In this document: positions 55,763 through 64,000 of the stretch, in pieces
How positions within the stretch are numbered: the first letter of the stretch is position 1
Layout of the letters: each line of letters starts with the position of its first letter
NCBI RefSeq assembly: GCF_001194135.2
Contig: NC_068982.1
Span: 22,779,719 to 22,843,718 of the forward strand
DNA length: 64,000 nt
From: Octopus bimaculoides
Lineage: Eukaryota
Direction: 5' to 3'
Position numbers and translations under genes: made by a program
The notes under the pieces: model-generated
The model's database searches: none
Seen by the model: only the letters and a program-made list of their open reading frames with translations
Told to the model about the DNA's origin: nothing

Positions 55763-56444
55763 TTTTATCCTTTATCTTTTACTTGTTTCAGTCTTTGGAC
55801 TACGGCCACGCTGGAGCACCACCTAGAAGAATTTTTAGTCGAATATTTGATTTTCATAAGCCTAGTACTTATTCTGTCGGTCTCTTTTGCCGAACCACTA
55901 ATTTACGAGGATGTAAACACACTAGTACCGGTTGTCAGGTGGTGGTGGGGGTGGGACGACACAAAGGCGCGCAAAAACACACACACATACAATATACGAT
56001 GGGATTCTTTCAGTTTCCACCTAACAAATCCACTCACAAGGTTTAGGTCGGCCCGAGGCTACAATAGAAGACACTTACCTAACATACCACACAGTGGTAC
56101 TGAACCCAGAACCATGTGATTGGGAAGCAAGCTTCTTTATTTCATTTGATTAGGCATGAAGGCTGTACATAGAGTAGCAGACGATTAAGCTAGACAAAGA
56201 CGTTAATGAAAATATGATAGGATGACACCGATGAAAAATGAGACGGGCGCCAGCGCCCACCGACTGGTAACCCCTCGAAAACATTGTTTCAATACAAATC
56301 ATTTACAAATCATTTACAAAATCAGTTATGCAATACAAATCAAATTCATAAATACAATTAATCATAACTAATCCGCTACCGCCACAGCCCTTAAGCAAAC
56401 GACTTGCTGCCCACTTCTTACCACGCAGTCACGTTTGCGCCTAT
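55763..56444 (-). mobile_element. SINE family A with a 276-bp insertion in its head
   Basis: Body at 55763-56137; head resumes at 56414-56444 (CTTCTTACCACGCAGTCACGTTTGCGCCTAT). Confidence 0.85.
56138..56413 (-). mobile_element. Unclassified retroposed insertion (probable LINE 3' end) with 6-bp TSD
   Basis: TSD CTTCTT at 56132-56137 and 56414-56419; minus-strand end ...AATCAAATGAAATA. Confidence 0.55.
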
Positions 56445-56599
56445 ATGTATATACATATATAAAAATGGAACAAAAACGCAATAGAGGACAATAGAACATT
56501 CGGACAGATAGACGATACAAAAGCGGACAAGAGAAACAGGTACACTTATGCATAAAATGTACCTACATATACACATAAACCACACCTATAAATACATAT

Positions 56600-56982
56600 A
56601 CTCTTTATTCTCTTTTTACTCTTTTTCTTGTTTCAGTCATTTGACAGTGGCCATGCTGGAGTACCGCCTTTAGTCGAACAAATCGACCGCGGGACTTATT
56701 CTTTTCTACGCCTAGAACTTATTCTATCGGTCCGTTTTGCCGAACCGCTAAGTTACGGGGACGTAAAAACACCAGCATCGGTTGTCAAGCGATGGTGGGG
56801 GGACAAACACAGACACCCAAACACACACACTTCTTTCAGTTTCCGTCTACCAAATCCACTCACAAGGCTTTGGTCGGCCCGAGGCTATAGTAGAAGACAT
56901 TTGCCCAAGTTGCCACGCAGTGGGACTGAACCCGGAACCATGTGGTTGGAATGCAAGCTACTTACCACACAGCCACTCCTGC
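56600..56982 (-). mobile_element. SINE family A, young copy with minimal central microsatellite
   Basis: Full head and tail; central tract reduced to ACACACACAC. Confidence 0.92.
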
Positions 56983-57759
56983 ATTTGTGTATATTATTTT
57001 TGTGTGTATGTGTATAGTGAACGCACAATTGCGTTCGATTAAAACTGCATTAAGGAATTCGTTATAGGGCTATTAGATTTAGTTTAGGAAAATCTCCTAA
57101 ATGAAACTAATAAAGACACATTGGTATAGAATTTGTTTCGTAAGAGGAACATTCGGCCAAGAGAATGATGTCGTAATTGTGAAAATCGTGGCTGGTTTTT
57201 ATGATTGGTGATGGGGATTTTATCAATTACGATTTTCAGTTTTATGATTCCCTGCTGCTCACTACAAAAACACGCCAAACGCATCAACAACATTCCACTA
57301 TCACCACTTCATTCAGAAGATACGGATGAGAATGTTTTGAAATATTACTTGGCTTAGGAATATTACTTTTTGAAACTAAGCATAAAGAACTAACGAAGGA
57401 TACAAACGTTAATTACTACAAATAGATTAAACGTGAACGCAGCTATGATCTTCATATTAACTGAGCCCCCTCGCGCGCGCACACACACAGTCATGTTTAT
57501 GTATAGTTATATCTGATGTTAAGGACTTCAGCACTTCTAATGATTAGATAGTTCGAGCAAAGATGAAATGGAGCTTGAGAACAAAAGCAGCAACACCAAT
57601 GTACCTCTGACCACCGATATACAGTAACCGGTAGGACTGGCTCTAAGTTACTATCACGATTAAAAGCATAATGTATTGCTTGTAAGAATGTATAAGCTGA
57701 AGGTAAACAATTGAAAAGCTCTCAAAATTCAGAAACCTTTCATTCGCATAAATAAACAA

Positions 57760-57777
57760 GAGAGAAAGAGAGAGAGA

Positions 57778-57872
<95 letters not shown>

Positions 57873-58320
57873 GGAGTAAGAGACAGAGACAGGGAGAAAC
57901 AGTAAAAGAAGGAGAGAGAGATAGAAACAGAGAGAGGGAGAGAGACAGATAGACAGACAGAGATAGACAGACAGAGACAGACAGACAGACAGAGACAGAC
58001 AGACAGAGACAGACAGAGACAAAGACTGAGTGAGAGACAGAGACAGAGACAGAGACAGAGAGAAACAGTAAAGGAGGGAGAGAGAAATAGAAACAGAGAG
58101 AGAAAGAGAGAGAGAGAGAGAGAAACAGTAAAAGAGGGAGAGAGAGATAGAAACAAAGAGAGAGGGAGGGAGGGAGAAAGAGACAGAGAGACAGATAGAG
58201 ACAGACAGACAGACAGATAGACAGACAAAGACAGAGTGAGAGACAGAGACAGAGAGAAACAGTAAAAGAGGGAGAGAGAAATAGAAACAGAGAGAGAGGG
58301 AGGGAGGGAGAGAGAGCGTA
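57760..58320. repeat. (GA)n/(GACA)n polypurine tract with recurring GAAACAGTAAA higher-order units
   Basis: Units near 57896, 58062, 58122 and 58256. Confidence 0.9.
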
Positions 58321-58998
58321 TGTACATTACTAGGAAAGATCTCAACACACTTTTATGGTAAATTGTGAGGAAATGCTAGGTGGGTGTGAGAAGCCCGAAG
58401 GGTTTCATTGATCTCCTACAGATGTCACAGATTTTGTCCAATTAAATTCAAGAATATAAACAAAAGAACAGATATTGAAGAAACATACATTATCCCAGCA
58501 TAAATATTTGTTTTCCGACATTACATCTGCAGATGTTTTCATAGTGCGATTTTAATTTATCTTTTTTTGTTTACTGTATAATTTTCTATTGACAAAATTA
58601 CCGAAGAATTTTCAATGATTGAGATGATCACAAACATGACTTGCCGCTCTCTAGCACGTGAAACTCCAGCTGATTCTCCATCGTTCTGATATTATGTGGA
58701 TGCTGCCTTGTAGTCACAACCAATAAACATCAATACCAACCAACCAACCCTCACAGTACACAAATTTGCTAAAATACTCCTTTACACCATGACCAGCAAC
58801 CTCAACACCGCTACCACCACCTCCATCACCACTATATTATTTCCAGCCAATTAAATTTGAACACCACTAATTAAGACCTGTTTACTCGATGACTCAATGA
58901 AAGAATCTTTCTGTTGTTTCTTGACATGTTAGATACAGTAGTTAAATCTCACGTAGATCATATACAACTGTCTTTAAGACAGGGCATATTAGATGAAA

Positions 58999-59386
58999 GT
59001 GGAGGCGCAATGGCCCAGTGGTTTGGGCAGCGGATTCGCGGTCATAGGATCGCGGTTTCGATTCCTAGACCGGGCGTTGTGAGTGTTTATTGAGCGAAAA
59101 CACCTAAAGCTCCATGAGGCTCCGGCAGGGGATGGTGGCGAACCCTGCTGTACTCTTTCACCACAACTTTCTCTCACTCTTACTTCCTGTTTCTGTTGTA
59201 CCTGTATTTCAAAGGGTCAGCCTTGTCACACTGTGTCACGCTGAATATCCCCGAGAACTACGTTAAGGGTACACGTGTCTGTGGAGTGCTCAGCCGCTTG
59301 CACGTTAATTTCACGAGCAGGCTGTTCCGTTGATCAGATCAACTGGAACCCTCGACGTCGTAAGCGACGGAGTGCCAACAACAACA
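58999..59386 (+). mobile_element. SINE family B, full length, with TSD
   Basis: GTGGAGGCGCAATGGCCCAGTGG...GTTTCGATTCC...GGAGTGCC(AAC)n. TSD ATT(A/G)GATGAAA at 58988-58998 and 59387-59397. Confidence 0.93.
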
Positions 59387-59645
59387 ATTGGATGAAAAAT
59401 TCATACGTTGACCAAGATACTTTTATGGAATATGACCAAATGAGGTTTATTTTTCAACATAGCTTCCCTAGCGGTTCACACACTTCTTTCATTGGAGAGG
59501 CGATGCTTGGACCCAATTGGTGAAGAAGCTTTCACCCTTGATCAAAAAATCATCAACATCAGATATAAAGTCATCCCTACTGTGATACTGGTTCCCAGGC
59601 AAGTATTTTATCCTGTTGGGGAACAGATGATAGTCAGACGGGGTG
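59387..59645 (-). mobile_element. Mariner (DD34D) transposase C-terminal fragment and terminal region
   Basis: Minus strand PSDYHLFPNRIKYLPGNQYHSRDDFISDVDDF...KKCVNR*GSYVEN (cf. SPDLAPSDYHLF...WxKCVxxxGxYVE), followed by a mariner-like end TTGGTCAACGTATGAATTTTTCATCC. Confidence 0.8.
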
Positions 59646-59991
59646 AGCCGGACCAGGAGTTATAGTTGCAGTATGCTTGCAAAGACGGGGTAATCATGGC
59701 TGGAATCCTTTTCAAGCTAGGCTAATTAAAGATGACCTGGAATCAAACAGGAGGGAGAGCCGCAGCAATCTCCGATCATCAAGTCAACATTAACATGGAT
59801 CAATCATCAACAATCACCGAAGCAACACAGCCAAACACGAATTCATACAACCATGAACCCTCATGCACCATTGAACCAATGAGGGAGCGTGTATTAGTTG
59901 CTCGATCTATTACAAATATCCATCAGATCGTAATTTTATTGTCTTAGAAAAGGGGACGATAGGTGTGTTTCGGTATAGACATAGAATACCT

Positions 59992-60203
59992 GCATAGAAT
60001 ACGGATGAGAAGGCCACGACTGGAATACCTTAGATCATAGGGTTGCCCAGTCACGGTTGATCAGTGTCAACAATAAGCAGTCAATCAATCAATCAATCTA
60101 AGCATAGAATACAGATGAGAAGGCCACGACTGGAATACCTTAGATCATAGCGTTTCTCAGTCACGGTTGATCAGTGTCAATCAATCAATCAATCAATCAA
60201 TCA
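59992..60203 (+). repeat. 110-bp direct tandem duplication ending in (TCAA)n; probable retroposon tail
   Basis: GCATAGAATAC(G/A)GATGAGAAGGCCACGACTGGAATACCTTAGATCATAG...GGTTGATCAGTGTCAA at 59992 and 60102; related diverged copies near 59690 and 61870-61950. Confidence 0.85.
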
Positions 60204-61009
60204 CTATTCTCAACTAGCAATTCCGACCAATCACAAACGACCAGTAAACGTTCCCATCTGTCATCAGTCACATTCGGCTACTATCAACATCTATGAAGCA
60301 TCACTAGCCAGCAGTTAATCCTATACACTCCCACCAAACACAAGCAACCACCGCTGTCGAGGTTGTCGAGGATGTGATTGTTCGACCTGATAGAAATAAA
60401 AAAAACACACATCTCTTCAATCACACTGCACCGTCATAACAAAAATGTAAAATGTGAATTCCCTGAACATAAAAACACCCAAGGTGGTCTCGACTGTGAA
60501 ACAAACATCTCAATTCGGGTACATTTGGAGTTAAACAACTCCACCACAACCCCACAACCGCCGCCACCGCCGCCGCCACCGCCACCGCCATCGCCGCCGC
60601 CACCACCACCACCACCANNNNNNNNNNNNNNNNNNNNNNNNNNNNNNNNNNNNNNNNNNNNNNGTGATGATGATGATGATGATGATTATGATGTTGATAT
60701 CTGATGAAATAACATTATTATGTACAATACATCACTGTAATTCCCACCCCGGCACATCACTAAACTGCATCATATCCTAGTAAACTACATCAACTTGACA
60801 ACACTAAACGACACTTCCAAATATTTCTCGTTGCTCTATGCTACACAATGATGCACATCACCATGCGCTGTATGAGCTCTGGTTTTGATTTGGTACCTTA
60901 GCTTCTGATTGCATCGCGAGGGCGCCATCGTGACCAGCAGCGTGTTTCGAGCGTCCTTGATAAACATAGTGGAGCCCATCCCTCTCTACGTCTCATCATG
61001 GCAGAATAC

Positions 61010-61056
61010 TTCCAGAGAGAGAGAGAGAGAGGGGGAAGAAGAAGAAAAAGAAGTAA

Positions 61057-61112
<56 letters not shown>

Positions 61113-61234
61113 TAAACCTTTCAATACAGTAAACATAAGAGCACCACAGCAAACCACAGCACATACCCAAGGCGCACAGAGCTGCGCTCGGTAGTGAAGT
61201 GAAAGCACGTTATAAAAATAAAACTACTGAACAA

Positions 61235-61277
<43 letters not shown>

Positions 61278-61444
61278 AATAATAAGAAGAAGAAGAAAAA
61301 GAAGAAGATGAAGTAGGAGGAAGAAGAAGAAGAAGAAGAAGAAGAAGAAGAAGAAGAAGAAGAAGAAAAAGAAGAAGAAGAAGAAGAAGAAGAAACTGGA
61401 TTTGATTGTAAGAAACTGAAAGAAGTTCGTCATACGTACATACA

Positions 61445-61481
<37 letters not shown>

Positions 61482-61500
61482 GTCTGTCTGTCTGTCTATA
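61010..61500. repeat. (GA), (AAT)n, (AAG)n and (TCTA)n arrays
   Basis: Read directly. Confidence 0.95.
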
Positions 61501-61539
61501 ATGTCATATATATATATGTATGTATCTATGTGTGTTTGT

Positions 61540-61775
61540 CTCTGTGTCTGTGTTTGTCTCCCACCACCACTTGCTTGACAACGAGTGTTGGTATGTTTTG
61601 TCCCCGTAACTTAGCGATTCGGCAAAGACACCGATAGAATAAATACTAGGTTTTAAAAAAAACAAAAAAAAACAAATCTTGGGGTCGACTTGTTTGAATA
61701 AAACCCTTCAATGCGCTGCTCCAGCATGACCACAGTCAAGTGACTGAAACAAACAAAAGATAAAAAGTTAAAGAA
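61540..61775 (+). mobile_element. SINE family A, 3' half (older subfamily)
   Basis: GCTTGACAACGAGTGTTGG...GGGGTCGACTTG...AACCCTTCAATGCGCTGCTCCAGCATGACCACAGTC. Confidence 0.85.
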
Positions 61776-61795
61776 TAATGTATATATACAAAGGG

Positions 61796-61850
<55 letters not shown>

Positions 61851-62182
61851 GCATGAACAGAGAAGGACGTGAGGGTCATGGTCAGTATGCCTTGGATCAT
61901 AATCCTGCTGGATCGATGTTGACATGATGGGATGAAACAACAACAATGCACAGAAAAAACAACAGGTTTGGATTACAAACGACATGTGTTGACATGCAAC
62001 TTGCATATTGTAGTAATTATTGCTCTCATCTCAACCTGCATAATTCCCACCACCACCACCACCAATACCTACCTACCTACCTACCTACCTACCTAATTAA
62101 CCAATACAACCGCAAAGATAACGATGAAAACAAGCCCCACAGCCGCCAGCACTATTACGCACACCGTTATATCTATCCATCC

Positions 62183-62233
<51 letters not shown>

Positions 62234-62297
62234 GCTTTTCCCTTCTCTCACTGTATACATACATACATACATACATACATACACGTATACGTACATA

Positions 62298-62420
62298 CAA
62301 AGAAAAATACCCTGTTGTTGATACTGAAATCCCCCCCCCCCCAAAAAAAAACCTTGGGTCTAGGTTAGAAACCGGTTCTTTCCCTATTGGCAAGAAATCT
62401 TGAAATAAACTGAATAATGA
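62298..62420 (+). mobile_element. 3' UTR fragment of the R4-like LINE
   Basis: AAAAATACCCTGTTGTTGAT...GGTTAGAAACCGGTTCTTTCCCTATTGGCAAGAAATCTTGAAATAAACTGAATAATGA is the reverse complement of 21391-21500; (CATA)n on both sides. Confidence 0.8.
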
Positions 62421-62447
62421 CATACATACATACACACTCATACATTG

Positions 62448-62513
<66 letters not shown>

Positions 62514-64000
62514 ATACACATATAAACGGTGAAAGCCCATATGCGGTGTTTCGATGTACAAGAAAGAGCAGACACATCTTACACTAGTAAAAACAGCTAA
62601 CAACATAAAAAGAATTAAAATGCCGGATGATATGGTCCCCGGTTCACTTCAGACAGAAAAGAAAAGAATTGATTGATCACAAATGAAACACGATCTAGTG
62701 TATTTGATGTTAGCTCTGTTCGATCAAGGCAAAGTGAGGGAGGCTTGCCTGCTATTTCTAACAATTTGAATGATTGCGCAGAGGCTCAGTCATTCCCTGT
62801 CATTGTTTTTGATGGTTCCCGAGTTATTCACGCGGCAACTTCAAGCGTCAGCGTCATCAACACCCCCAGCCATAATTAGGACGAATGTACTACTATCGGT
62901 CGACCGAAACCAATTTTTCTTACCTAAAACTACATCCACCAGCACGACTGACACCACCTCTACTACTAGTACGAGCATCACCGCCAGCCCACACTACCCC
63001 CCGCGCCCTCGAGCAGCAACGACCACATAAAATCATGCATCAACCACAACGACTACAGATAACTCTACCTACTAAAGCACCTGTACAAAACAATCTCGAC
63101 TGTAAGCGATAGCATAATCAAGTACAACTGTCACTGGTAGTAACAAAACCACCAGCACCAGCACCAGCACCGCCACCCCCACTGCTACCGCCACCTCCGT
63201 CGCCGCCACCTCCGCCGCCACTGCCACCGGCACCTCCGCCGTCTCCACCTCCNNNNNNNNNNNNNNNNNNNNNNNNNNNNNNNNNNNNNNNNNNNNNNNN
63301 NNNNNNNNNNNNNNNNNNNNNNNNNNNNNNNNNNNNNNNNNNNNNNNNNNNNNNNNNNNNNNNNNNNNNNNNNNNNNNNNNNNNNNNNNNNNNNNNNNNN
63401 NNNNNNNNNNNNNNNNNNNNNNNNNNNNNNNNNNNNNNNNNNNNNNNNNNNNNNNNNNNNNNNNNNNNNNNNNNNNNNNNNNNNNNNNNNNNNNNNNNNN
63501 NNNNNNNNNNNNNNNNNNNNNNNNNNNNNNNNNNNNNNNNNNNNNNNNNNNNNNNNNNNNNNNNNNNNNNNNNNNNNNNNNNNNNNNNNNNNNNNNNNNN
63601 NNNNNNNNNNNNNNNNNNNNNNNNNNNNNNNNNNNNNNNNNNNNNNNNNNNNNNNNNNNNNNNNNNNNNNNNNNNNNNNNNNNNNNNNNNNNNNNNNNNN
63701 NNNNNNNNNNNNNNNNNNNNNNNNNNACCACCACCACCAATACCACCACCACGAAGTCCATCTTTTACTGCTGCATATATCTTTCCCCGCCCGGCGTACA
63801 AACACACAAACGTCAAACAATCCATCGATCCAGCAATTCTCCGTATCCCATGGTTACGATTTTCTCAAGTAAACATGATTTTGCCCGTAAAAAAAATCAA
63901 TGTTATCTGTTGACATCTTTTTGTTTAGCTACTGTTTTGCTGCTTAGCGCAAAAATCGATACATGTATTGCATATGTAGCTATATACACGTATACACACA

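Overview
AT-rich, repeat-saturated eukaryotic DNA, most likely from an octopus genome (inferred from microsatellite load, SINE types and gap pattern). Twenty N-gaps hide about 9.6 kb (~15%). I find no confidently identifiable host gene; almost all listed ORFs are microsatellite or gap artefacts. The readable sequence is a layered transposon graveyard. It holds at least five tRNA-derived SINE families (labelled A-E here) that share modules and are often nested or inverted, plus decayed Tx1/L1-like, R4/Dong-like, Ty3/gypsy, DD37D/maT, mariner and pogo/Tigger elements and several Penelope-like terminal fragments. The top candidate system is an element at ~42853-43135: a tRNA-like Pol III head, an (AAT)n tract, then a structurally intact minimal type I hammerhead ribozyme with a possible loop-II pseudoknot. 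Four further minimal hammerhead motifs occur elsewhere in the window. Also notable: three R4-like LINE ends all sit inside (CATA)n tracts, and several inverted SINE pairs could form long dsRNA. All family assignments were made by eye, without database searches.
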